Source: Candidatus Levyibacteriota bacterium
GTDB taxonomy: Bacteria > Patescibacteriota > Microgenomatia > Levybacterales > UBA12049
NCBI GenBank assembly: GCA_043807135.1
Contig: JAZDGF010000003.1
Location: 72,621-136,620 of the forward strand
Length of the DNA: 64,000 nt
Reading direction: 5' to 3'
Shown here: positions 49,668-58,678 of the stretch, in pieces
Numbering within the stretch: position 1 is the first letter of the stretch
How the letters are laid out: each line of letters starts with the position of its first letter
Program-made: the position numbers and the translations under genes
The notes under the pieces: model-generated
Database searches by the model: none
Told to the model about the DNA's origin: nothing
What the model saw: the letters and a program-made list of their open reading frames with translations, nothing else

Positions 49668-49997
49668 TTAAATAAAAATTAAATAAAATGTCAGTATTGG
49701 AAAAGCAATAAATAAAAGAATAAAGGAAAATTCAATAAGTAAAACTATTGCCATTAAAAATAAATCCGCGAGAATTACAAAGGTTTTAATAAAAATTCCC
49801 ATACCTATTGAAAAACCAACAAGTCCCTCTCTGTACTCATTTTTCCAAGGCTTAAAGTACGTTTTTACTAAAAGTGGAAGAGAAATAATACCCATTATTG
49901 TCTTATTTAGAGATATAAAAAAGGAAATAAGTAAAACAGGAGCTTCTATAAACCAAAAGCGTAATAGAATTAATGGCAGACTTAAATAAAAGAGCAT
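49668..49997 (-). CDS. Small membrane protein coupled to the membrane-anchored Clp ATPase
   Basis: Highly hydrophobic 109 aa with LVKTYFKPWK motif; 1-nt gap to the ATPase gene. Confidence 0.75.
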   Translation of the reverse strand: MLFYLSLPLILLRFWFIEAPVLLISFFISLNKTIMGIISLPLLVKTYFKPWKNEYREGLVGFSIGMGIFIKTFVILADLFLMAIVLLIEFSFILLFIAFPILTFYLIFI

Positions 49998-50037
49998 AGT
50001 TTAAGTTTAGAAAGTTTTACGACTAAATGCAATTAAT

Positions 50038-51981
50038 TTAATTTATAGGTGTACATTTGAGGCTACAAATTTGAATACCATCTTCTCTTGAAGTACATGC
50101 AGGGTCAAAAACACAATTAGCCGTTTTATAAATGGTTGTAGTTGTGGTAGAAGTTCCTAAACCTCCTTCTCCAGGCAAACTACAATCAGAAGGACAATTT
50201 ACATTTGTTTCTCCTAATTCACAGGTTCCATTTCCACAAGTATTATTTCCTCCAGGCAAACTACAATCAGAAGGACAATTTACATTTGTTTCTCCTAATT
50301 CACAGGTTCCATTTCCACAAGTATTATCTCCTCCTCCGGGGTTTGCTCCTGGCGGAATTATAAAGCTAAAAATAAGACCAAAATTACTAGTATTAATATT
50401 AATAGGGTTCGAAGGGAAAACAATTGTCCCTGCTTTTGCGGAAATATTATAGCTACCAATAGGAAGAGAAGTAAATGCGTATTCACCGTTACTATTAGTT
50501 GTGATAGTGCCACTGTATGGACCCGACAAAGTAATTGTTGCTCCTTGAATACCTTGTTCTCCTGGATCAAAAGTATTATTACTGTTTTGATCTATAAAAA
50601 CTGCACCCGAAATAAAGGGCCTATTTTGAAGAGAAGGATCGCCTCCTCCTGGATTAGTCCCTCCCGTTGTAGTTGTTGTTGTCTGTGTTGTTGTTCCTCC
50701 ACAATATTTTGGCAAAACATTAGTTCTAATCCAATATTTTTCTACAGAGTCAAATATTGGTTGTGTTGCACAACCTACTGCACTCATCATAGTGTTTGCA
50801 TTACCACTTGCTACTAGGTTTGGGTTAGCAGGTTTTGGACAAGTTAATGGAGAAGAAGCATAATTATTTATATTACTACAGCCCTTGTATGATCCTTGCC
50901 CGCCTGCTGTTTGCCAAAAACTTTCTCCGCTTGGATTATTCGTACAATTACTTTTTATTCCCCCTTGTATTTGTCCATAGCCTAAGTTTGAAGAGACATA
51001 GCGATCATACAAGAGGCCTATTGCATGACCTAAAAATTCATGCGCTGCAACTACTCTGGTGGTATTAGTAATATTTCCTCCATTATTTGGGAAAACTGCA
51101 ACGTTTCCCCCAATTCCGCTTGTTACTCCAAGCGCACCCCCTGAAATTACCATATCAACTAAAACTATTACTTTTGAAGCATCCGGATAAGTAGATTTTG
51201 CTATTTGCATAATTCTAGTGCTACCCACACAATTAAGGCTTGCTTTACACCCTAAAGATTCTGAATTGTCAACTACTCTAAAATCAAAAATGCTTTGTGT
51301 GTTGTACGGATCAACTGAAAGATAAATTTGCTTAAAAGCATCTACATCTTGATGAAACTTATTAAAATCCGTATACCCATCACTTACAAATGCAACAACT
51401 AAAGGACTACATCCTTGTGTCTGGGCATGGGCTTTGGGTAAATTAAAAAAATTTAGAGAATTTTTTTTTACAGGGAGCTCAATTTTCAAGATATTCTCAC
51501 TATTCTCTTTAATAAGAATCTTTGTTCCTTTGTCTAAGTATGGAACATAAATAACCGTATCTAATTTATCAGGAATTTCAGGCTGAGAACTTCCCGAAGC
51601 AGGAGCATTTATAGACATATCATATAAAGGATCTGTTGTAATGTTTATTTTTGTTCTATAAAGCACTTCATCACCTGAAGAATACATCACTAACTCGTAT
51701 GGCGAAAAATCTGCACTTCTATTATCTTGTGATATTTTTTTATCAATAAGGGTTACTTCTTTTAAAACAAGCTCTCTTTTGTCCGTATTAAAAGTAAGTA
51801 TTACCTCCCATGTCTTATAATTTGGTTTTTGCTCTGTAGTTACTGTCTTTTTAGACATAAATAAAGCGATTGGAATTGAGAATAAAACAATTAGAATAAT
51901 TACAACAAAAATGATTTTTTTTGGAATTGATATCTTTTGAAAAAATGAATTAATTTTACTTAAAAATCCCTCGTTATTCAT
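50038..51981 (-). CDS. Membrane-anchored zinc metallopeptidase (M64-like) with SdrD-B-like domain and Cys-rich repeats
   Basis: TM; AFVSDGY, AAHEFLGHAIGLLYDRY, TMMS; ISGAVFIDQNSNNTFDPGEQGI; two CGNGTCELGETNVNCPSDC. Confidence 0.75.
   Translation of the reverse strand: MNNEGFLSKINSFFQKISIPKKIIFVVIILIVLFSIPIALFMSKKTVTTEQKPNYKTWEVILTFNTDKRELVLKEVTLIDKKISQDNRSADFSPYELVMYSSGDEVLYRTKINITTDPLYDMSINAPASGSSQPEIPDKLDTVIYVPYLDKGTKILIKENSENILKIELPVKKNSLNFFNLPKAHAQTQGCSPLVVAFVSDGYTDFNKFHQDVDAFKQIYLSVDPYNTQSIFDFRVVDNSESLGCKASLNCVGSTRIMQIAKSTYPDASKVIVLVDMVISGGALGVTSGIGGNVAVFPNNGGNITNTTRVVAAHEFLGHAIGLLYDRYVSSNLGYGQIQGGIKSNCTNNPSGESFWQTAGGQGSYKGCSNINNYASSPLTCPKPANPNLVASGNANTMMSAVGCATQPIFDSVEKYWIRTNVLPKYCGGTTTQTTTTTTGGTNPGGGDPSLQNRPFISGAVFIDQNSNNTFDPGEQGIQGATITLSGPYSGTITTNSNGEYAFTSLPIGSYNISAKAGTIVFPSNPININTSNFGLIFSFIIPPGANPGGGDNTCGNGTCELGETNVNCPSDCSLPGGNNTCGNGTCELGETNVNCPSDCSLPGEGGLGTSTTTTTIYKTANCVFDPACTSREDGIQICSLKCTPIN
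50169..50327. repeat. 81-bp-period tandem duplication encoding a 27-aa Cys-rich unit
   Basis: 50169-50246 is identical to 50250-50327. Confidence 0.95.
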
Positions 51982-54626
51982 ACGGAATTATTATTTAACG
52001 GATTGGCATTAACAGCCATTGTTTGCCCCTCTCCTATAGTAGGAGTTGGTGGAATTGAGTCAGGTGGAACCGGAGGCACCTGATTTTGATCCTGAATAGC
52101 ACCGTTTATCGGATTCTGAACTGACTGTCCTGGCTGTTGAGCTTGTTGTTTTTGCACCTGCTCTCCTGGTTTTTGAATCGCCTTTGTAAAAACAAATTCT
52201 TCTTTTTGAGAATTGTAATCAATAAGAATTTTATCTCCTTGAACAAAAGTTTTTTTGATAAGGAAAAGAGCTATTGGATTCTCGATTGCCGTTTGAATTA
52301 ATCTTCTTAAAGGCCTTGCACCATATACAGGATCGTAGCCTTCTTCAGCAAGCCTTGCCAAAGCTGCTTCGCTTGCTTCAAGATCAACTCCTTGCATAAG
52401 TAATAATTTCTTAGTTGCATTTATTCCAAGCCTTGCCACTTGAGTCATATTTTTCTGACTTAAGGGTTCGAAAACAATTACTCCGTCAAACCTATTTAAA
52501 AGCTCAGGCCTAAAGAATTTTCTAAGCTCCCCCATTAAAATTTTTGTTAATTCTGCAAATTTCTCTTTTGCTTCTTCCAGTATTTTTTCAGGCTGTAGGA
52601 TTTGTGCATTTTTATCTTCTTTCGTAACCTTATCTTGCAATTGCTGTTGAATTAAAGCGCTACCAATATTTGAAGTTGCAATTATAATGGTGTTTTTAAA
52701 GGAAATCGTATTTCCTTTATTGTCGGTTAATCTTCCATCTTCTAATAACTGAAGCAAAATATTAAATACATCGGGATGAGCTTTTTCTACTTCATCTAAA
52801 AGAACTATTGAGTATGGTTTCGCTCTTACGGCTTCTGTTAATTGACCACCTTCTTCATAGCCAACATATCCAGGAGGAGCTCCAATAAGTTTTGCTACTT
52901 CGTGTTTTTCCATATATTCACTCATATCAAGCCTGATCATTGACTGTTCTTTTCCAAAAAGAACTTGGGCAAGAGTTTTAGCAAGTTCTGTTTTTCCAAC
53001 ACCAGTAGGACCAAGGAAAATAAAGGAAGCAATTGGTCTATTAACACTTGAGAGTCCGATTCTTCCTCTTCTTACAGCTTCCGCAACTAAACTTACTGCG
53101 TTTTCTTGATTAATCAGTCTTTTATGAATTGTTTCTTCTAGACGAAGCAGTTTTTCACTTTCGTTTTCGGTTAATTTAGTAATTGGTATTCCTGTCCAGT
53201 TGCTTACTACTTTTTCAATATCTTCTCTTTTTATTTCATTTCCTTGCCTTTTCCCGGCATTAAGCTCAAGTCTTACTTGTGCTGATGCTTCATCTAAAAG
53301 ATCTACTGCCTTATCAGGAAGATAACGCTCTCCAATATATCTTTTAGAAAGTTTTACAGATGCCTCTATTGCCTCAGGGGTAGCTTTTACTTTATGGAAT
53401 TCTTCATATCTTGGGACCAAAATCTTAATCATTTCAATTGCTGCTTTTTCGTCCGGTTCTTCAACTAAAACTGGCTGAAATCTTCTTTCAAAAGCTTTAT
53501 CTTTTTCAAAATACCTTCTGTATTCAACTGTAGTTGTGGTTCCAATTATTTGCAGTTGCCCACGTGCAAGGAATGGTTTTATGATATTTGATGCATCTAA
53601 AGCTCCTTCTGTATCTCCTGCTCCAATTATGCTGTGAATTTCATCAATAAATAAAATTACATTTCCTGCTGCTTGAGTTTCTTTAATTACTCCCCTTAAT
53701 CTTTCTTCAAATTCTCCTCTATGCGATGCACCTGCAACCAAAGATGAAAGATCAAGTTGAATAATTTTTTTTGCTTCAAGATCCTTGGGCGCTTTTCCAC
53801 CAACAATATCTTGAGCAAGACCTTCAACAATTGCTGTTTTACCAACTCCTGCCTCTCCGATAATAATAGGGTTATTTTTTGTTCTCCTTAAAAGAATGTG
53901 AGTAAGTCTTTCTACTTCTCTATCTCTTCCGGTTATAGGATCAAGATCTCCATTTTTAGCTTGCTCTGTAAGATTAATTCCGAATTGTTCAAGCGTTGAT
54001 TTTTTACCATATACAAAAGTAGAAGACTTAGATAATTGTTTTTCTATTTTTTCTTTATCAAGCCCTTGTGATTTCAAATAATCAGATACTGCCATGTTTT
54101 GAGAAAATAAAGAGACAAGTAAATCTTCCGGGCTTATAAATTCAACGCCTCTTGATTTAATAGTTGAATATGCCTGCTCAAAAACATGCTTGGAATTTTC
54201 AGAAAGCATAGGCTGTCCTTCAAAAGTTCCTGCTTGTTCTTTTGCCTGCAACTCCTTTGAAAGCTTGGCAACATCTACTGAAAATTTTGAAAGTAGGGCA
54301 AAAACTTCAGAGTCAAATAAAAGACCTAATAAAATTTGCTCAGGCTCTATTAATCCTTGTTTAATTCTTTTTGTTTCCTGCTGTGCTTGATTTAAAATTT
54401 GAGTGGTTCTAGAATCTAGATGAGAAAGAATTGATAAATCCTGTCTTTGTCCCGGCTGCATAGAAGAACTAACTATACCGTCCTGCTGAGGATTTGAAGG
54501 AGAAGAAGGAATGGGCGGTTGTTGCATGGGTGACTGCCCTAACGGTGGCATAACCGGCTGCTGAGATTGATCTTGCTTAATTTCGTTTTCTTCTTTTTTC
54601 TTTTGACTAAATAAATTTCCTAACAT
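51978..54626 (-). CDS. Clp/Hsp100 AAA+ ATPase with two intact AAA domains, no M-domain, Pro/Gln-rich termini
   Basis: Clp-N repeats, RRTKNNP, GEAGVGKT, LFIDEIH, GPTGVGKT, PPGYVGYEEGG, GARPLRR. Confidence 0.93.
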   Translation of the reverse strand: MLGNLFSQKKKEENEIKQDQSQQPVMPPLGQSPMQQPPIPSSPSNPQQDGIVSSSMQPGQRQDLSILSHLDSRTTQILNQAQQETKRIKQGLIEPEQILLGLLFDSEVFALLSKFSVDVAKLSKELQAKEQAGTFEGQPMLSENSKHVFEQAYSTIKSRGVEFISPEDLLVSLFSQNMAVSDYLKSQGLDKEKIEKQLSKSSTFVYGKKSTLEQFGINLTEQAKNGDLDPITGRDREVERLTHILLRRTKNNPIIIGEAGVGKTAIVEGLAQDIVGGKAPKDLEAKKIIQLDLSSLVAGASHRGEFEERLRGVIKETQAAGNVILFIDEIHSIIGAGDTEGALDASNIIKPFLARGQLQIIGTTTTVEYRRYFEKDKAFERRFQPVLVEEPDEKAAIEMIKILVPRYEEFHKVKATPEAIEASVKLSKRYIGERYLPDKAVDLLDEASAQVRLELNAGKRQGNEIKREDIEKVVSNWTGIPITKLTENESEKLLRLEETIHKRLINQENAVSLVAEAVRRGRIGLSSVNRPIASFIFLGPTGVGKTELAKTLAQVLFGKEQSMIRLDMSEYMEKHEVAKLIGAPPGYVGYEEGGQLTEAVRAKPYSIVLLDEVEKAHPDVFNILLQLLEDGRLTDNKGNTISFKNTIIIATSNIGSALIQQQLQDKVTKEDKNAQILQPEKILEEAKEKFAELTKILMGELRKFFRPELLNRFDGVIVFEPLSQKNMTQVARLGINATKKLLLMQGVDLEASEAALARLAEEGYDPVYGARPLRRLIQTAIENPIALFLIKKTFVQGDKILIDYNSQKEEFVFTKAIQKPGEQVQKQQAQQPGQSVQNPINGAIQDQNQVPPVPPDSIPPTPTIGEGQTMAVNANPLNNNSV

Positions 54627-54631
54627 ATTTT

Positions 54632-55990
54632 TTATTGTGAACAGGTAAATGGATTATCTTTATTTGTTTTTACCATTCCGCCCCATTCAACTGCCGTAAA
54701 TCCTTTTCTTTGAGGCGTTACAATTACCGGTTCTTTTATATTAACTTTTTTATCTAATGCTTCAAAATATAATCTTACTCTAATAAACACATCAGGATTT
54801 GGATTAAAGAATATCGGCTCAATTTGATCAATATCATTTTTTGTCATAACTCCTACAAAATAGTATGGAGAAATAGGTAAAACTTTTTCCCAATATTCTT
54901 TAAATTCTTTACTTTCTTTTTCATTTAATCCCAATTTTGGCAAAAGTTTATCAAATAAAGACCCTAATTCATCTCTTTTGACTACATATCCTTTTTGAGG
55001 TTTTTTTACCAAATTATCAGGAATCTTTGATTCATAGTATAAATACGGATAAGTATTGTTTTCTAATGTAATTAGTCCTTTTTTATCTGCAAGGACTGTC
55101 CAACCTTCTTCTGGATAAGAAGGAATGGTTAAAGTTAATATTCCTTTTGTCTTTACTTTCACATTTACTTCCTCTTCTTTTTCAGGATACAGATAAATTG
55201 CTGGTTTACAGGCAGGAGTCCACCAAGAATACGATCTTGTTGTTACAAAAGTTACTTTCTTAAGCTGAAGAGATTTTTCTCCCTGAGCAGGAGGGGGAAT
55301 TGGCGTATCTACCCAAAGATACTCATAGATATTATCTCCATTTTTTAAATAAATAGTTCCCAGATGATAAAATAATGAATAATTAGTTTGTCCTACCTTT
55401 AATTTTCCAATTTCTTTTACTTCGCTAAGATTATTAAGAGAGCTAAAAACTGTAACATTCCCATTATGAACATAGCCAGGGGCAACCGATGGCTCTGTTA
55501 AGCCAATTATGTCTGTTTTATTAAATGAACTTGGAGGAAATGTATTCTCATCTCCTTCAACAATAGTAAGTTTTCCTCCTGTTGATTTGCAGTTTTTAAT
55601 ATAATCGGGGATTGCTGCTCCATCTTTTATATAAAGATCAAAAACATATGGAGATTCTAGAGTTGTATTTTTCAATTGGAAAACAATTATCGGATCTACT
55701 TTTTGACCAAAATAATTACTTGTCAGTGCGTAAAGATTATTTCCAAGCGAATTTAATTCTTTAAATTTATACTCTTCAATAATTTCTGCATCTTTTTTTA
55801 TTAAGTTATACTGAACTCCGTTATATGACACTGTTTGGGAAGTACTTGGTGGATCAAAATCAACACAAGAAGCTGTTGGAGAAACAGGTGTATAATTTTG
55901 ATTTTTATTTGGACTTATTGAAAACAAACCCGCCAAGGCTACCGCAGCAATTACTACAACCCCTAAAGTAAATATCACAAGCTTGTTCAT
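54632..55990 (-). CDS. Exported hypothetical protein with conserved-looking C-terminal domain
   Basis: N-terminal TM/signal; KPAIYLYP...YPYLYYE...EFKEYW...RKGFTAVEWGG. Confidence 0.75.
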   Translation of the reverse strand: MNKLVIFTLGVVVIAAVALAGLFSISPNKNQNYTPVSPTASCVDFDPPSTSQTVSYNGVQYNLIKKDAEIIEEYKFKELNSLGNNLYALTSNYFGQKVDPIIVFQLKNTTLESPYVFDLYIKDGAAIPDYIKNCKSTGGKLTIVEGDENTFPPSSFNKTDIIGLTEPSVAPGYVHNGNVTVFSSLNNLSEVKEIGKLKVGQTNYSLFYHLGTIYLKNGDNIYEYLWVDTPIPPPAQGEKSLQLKKVTFVTTRSYSWWTPACKPAIYLYPEKEEEVNVKVKTKGILTLTIPSYPEEGWTVLADKKGLITLENNTYPYLYYESKIPDNLVKKPQKGYVVKRDELGSLFDKLLPKLGLNEKESKEFKEYWEKVLPISPYYFVGVMTKNDIDQIEPIFFNPNPDVFIRVRLYFEALDKKVNIKEPVIVTPQRKGFTAVEWGGMVKTNKDNPFTCSQ

Positions 55991-56032
55991 AAATTTATTG
56001 TAACACTATTTTTAAAATCAAGAAAAATCTTT

Positions 56033-58309
56033 TTATTTAATCTTTTCATCTATCTTTGCTTCCTCTGCCATTTCTTTTGGTTTTTCTTCTTTCTTAGTCC
56101 TTGCAGAAAGCATTGTGTCCTCTTCTTCTTGTTTACTTTTAAGTTTTCCTACTACAGACTTTGCTGCTTCAAGTTTTGCCTTAAGATAAGCAACTACTTC
56201 AGTCTGAGAAAATCCTCCAATCAGAAGGAAAGGAAGAATATTTCCAACTGCTTCCATTCCCTTATCAACATTTTGTGTATCTTGTGAAGAAAGAAGATTA
56301 ACTGTATCTGTAATCTTTCCAATATCTGCGTTTATCCATTCTGCTCTCTCCTGTTGTTTTGGAGGCTCAAGTGTTTCATAATTTTCCTCCCACATCTTTC
56401 TAACTGCTTCATAATCATCAAGGCTTACTTGCTGCACTCTGTTTGTAACAGGGAATGGCCCTGAAGAAACTTTAGATATATCCGTAACTCCTGCCTCCTC
56501 AAGCACCATTGCAGCAATTGAATTCCCTTTTTCTTTTGCTTCTTTAAGTCTTTCCTTAAGTGCTTCATCTGCTCCTTCTTTATCCATTGCAGAAAGAATA
56601 GAGACTGCAAGAGGATTACCATTTTTTTGCGCTTTTATTAATTGATCTTTTATTGTTGTTAATTTTTGTTTTTCTGCAATGTTTGCAGTATTTGGACTTG
56701 CAATCTTTTGAAGTGCCGTATTAAGACGTGCTGTTTCTTTTTGAGACTGAACAACCATTTCCGGCTTATTAATAGTGCTTGCAGCAGTAAGAATAGAACT
56801 TGCAACTCTATTTCCTTTTTGACCTTCCTGAACAAGTTTATCTTTTATCGATGTATATTTCTCTCTTTCTATTGTTGAGCTTAATTTCTTTGGATTAGCA
56901 ATTCTTTCTAATGATTCGTGATATTTTGCAAGTTCTGTGTGCTTACTCATGCTTGAACTTAAAGAAGCAGTTTCAAATTTTGCAATATCTCTCATTGTTG
57001 GAATAGATAAATTAGTAAGTTTCGTAATCTCTAACTGCATTGATCTTATGTTTGAGATGTCCATTGGAATACTTTGCGTCTTTATGTTTGGTATTGAAAT
57101 CTTAGCAGCAAAAGGAATAGTTTTTGCCATACCTGTTGGCTGATGAGATGAAAGAGGCGAAGGAGGCGGAGCCTGGGGAGAACTTTTTGATTTTGACATA
57201 AACGAAGAACCTGATTCTACCAATTGTTTTACAAAAGAATTCTCACTAAAGGATAACGTTTGGATATAATCAAGAAAAATCTGCAAAAGTAAAAAAGGAA
57301 GAATTATAATAACCCAAAGCATAAGAAGTGCAACAACGTAAAGTGCAAAAGACTCCTTATTATTTACACTGTTACTTAAAGACAAAACCTGTCCTGGGCC
57401 TCCTAAGAGAATATTAATTGCTGTTGGATAAACAACTGTATTTGAAAAGGCGAATTGTAAAGGAATACCAGTTCGCCAAACATAAACAAGTCCTGATAAA
57501 AAGATAGCAAAAATAGGAGCATACAAAAGCCAGCGGAAAAATTCTCCAATCCAAATTTTTCCAGTATTTCTAATTGGGGAATATAGCAAAAGAAGCGGAA
57601 ATACGGGAGAAATGATTATGAAAAACCACAGGATAATTTTTCTTATTAAAAGAATTCCTGCCATTACATAATAAGTTGCTGCAGTAAGTTTTATTAAAAG
57701 AAGGGAAATAAAAGCAGATTCATCAAAAGGAGCACCAAATCTTCTATAACCTGTAAAATCCTGATAATTAAATCCTATGTTTAAAAGGTTTTTTTGGGAA
57801 ATAAAACCGGTTCCTTCAGGATTTTTTAAGAAAAAGCCCTGAATTACATCTATAATCTGATACAAAAACTGGATAAGCGCAAAAGAAAATGTAACTAAAA
57901 GAATGATGATAATAAATCTTGGAATAAAACGCATAACCGTAATGCTTCTTCCGCGGGTTACGATCATAATAAATGCTGTTATTAAAACTGCTAAAGCAAA
58001 GAAAGCGTAAACAATATTTCTAATTTGTGACCAGAAATTAGCAAGCGGATTCTGAGTACCTGCAGTAACAAATGACCAGCTATAATTTTGAAGTGTCCAA
58101 TCTAAAAATTGTCCTGATCTTGCTCCCATTTTTCCAACAAAAGTAACATCTGAATCATTAACCCAGGTTCCATCGCCAGGTTGACCTGTTGCAGATGTAG
58201 GAGAAGTTGTTGAAGGACTACTCGGATCAATTTGAGCAATAGCTGGAGCAACAAATAACAAACTAACTATTGTTATTAAAAGAAATAAAAAGGGCAGGAA
58301 TTTTTTCAT
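56033..58309 (-). CDS. TrbL/VirB6-like polytopic membrane protein with long soluble C-terminal tail
   Basis: Signal peptide; FWSQIRNIVY, RKIILWFFIIISPVFPLL...WIGEF; about 6 TMs; follows pilin gene. Confidence 0.65.
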   Translation of the reverse strand: MKKFLPFLFLLITIVSLLFVAPAIAQIDPSSPSTTSPTSATGQPGDGTWVNDSDVTFVGKMGARSGQFLDWTLQNYSWSFVTAGTQNPLANFWSQIRNIVYAFFALAVLITAFIMIVTRGRSITVMRFIPRFIIIILLVTFSFALIQFLYQIIDVIQGFFLKNPEGTGFISQKNLLNIGFNYQDFTGYRRFGAPFDESAFISLLLIKLTAATYYVMAGILLIRKIILWFFIIISPVFPLLLLYSPIRNTGKIWIGEFFRWLLYAPIFAIFLSGLVYVWRTGIPLQFAFSNTVVYPTAINILLGGPGQVLSLSNSVNNKESFALYVVALLMLWVIIILPFLLLQIFLDYIQTLSFSENSFVKQLVESGSSFMSKSKSSPQAPPPSPLSSHQPTGMAKTIPFAAKISIPNIKTQSIPMDISNIRSMQLEITKLTNLSIPTMRDIAKFETASLSSSMSKHTELAKYHESLERIANPKKLSSTIEREKYTSIKDKLVQEGQKGNRVASSILTAASTINKPEMVVQSQKETARLNTALQKIASPNTANIAEKQKLTTIKDQLIKAQKNGNPLAVSILSAMDKEGADEALKERLKEAKEKGNSIAAMVLEEAGVTDISKVSSGPFPVTNRVQQVSLDDYEAVRKMWEENYETLEPPKQQERAEWINADIGKITDTVNLLSSQDTQNVDKGMEAVGNILPFLLIGGFSQTEVVAYLKAKLEAAKSVVGKLKSKQEEEDTMLSARTKKEEKPKEMAEEAKIDEKIK

Positions 58310-58321
58310 AATTTCTTGTCT

Positions 58322-58606
58322 TTATTTAAAACCAGGTATATGCAATATGTCAATAGCAATTATTTGAACAAAAACATAGCCAAAAATTGCTAAAAGCAAA
58401 CCTATAATAGCATAGAAAATATAGCTTTTACCCGTATTTAGTTTATCAGGATTTCCTTGAGAAATAAGAATCATGTATCCTCCGTAGATAATAAATAAAA
58501 CGGAAACTCCGCCAATTAAACCTAAACCAATAGCATAAAATTTTGTAACAAAACCTATCGGATCATTAGGAATACATCCCAATTCCGTAGGTGTACAATC
58601 AGGCAT
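58322..58606 (-). CDS. TrbC/VirB2-like (T4SS) pilin
   Basis: Two TMs with IIYGGYMILISQGNPDKLNTGKSYIFYAIIGL; N-terminal C...LGCIP. Confidence 0.85.
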   Translation of the reverse strand: MPDCTPTELGCIPNDPIGFVTKFYAIGLGLIGGVSVLFIIYGGYMILISQGNPDKLNTGKSYIFYAIIGLLLAIFGYVFVQIIAIDILHIPGFK

Positions 58607-58678
58607 AAATTAATCGTAACACATTAAAGGTCTTAAAACCAGCCTTTTTTAATTTAACCTGATATAATTATTCAGCTA

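Noticed and set aside
23792-54626. Prophage, T6SS or contractile injection system (baseplate-J-like domain plus ClpV-like ATPase)
   Set aside because: No sheath, tube, spike, terminase or integrase genes; the two genes are over 20 kb apart and the J-like domain is fused to a TM protein
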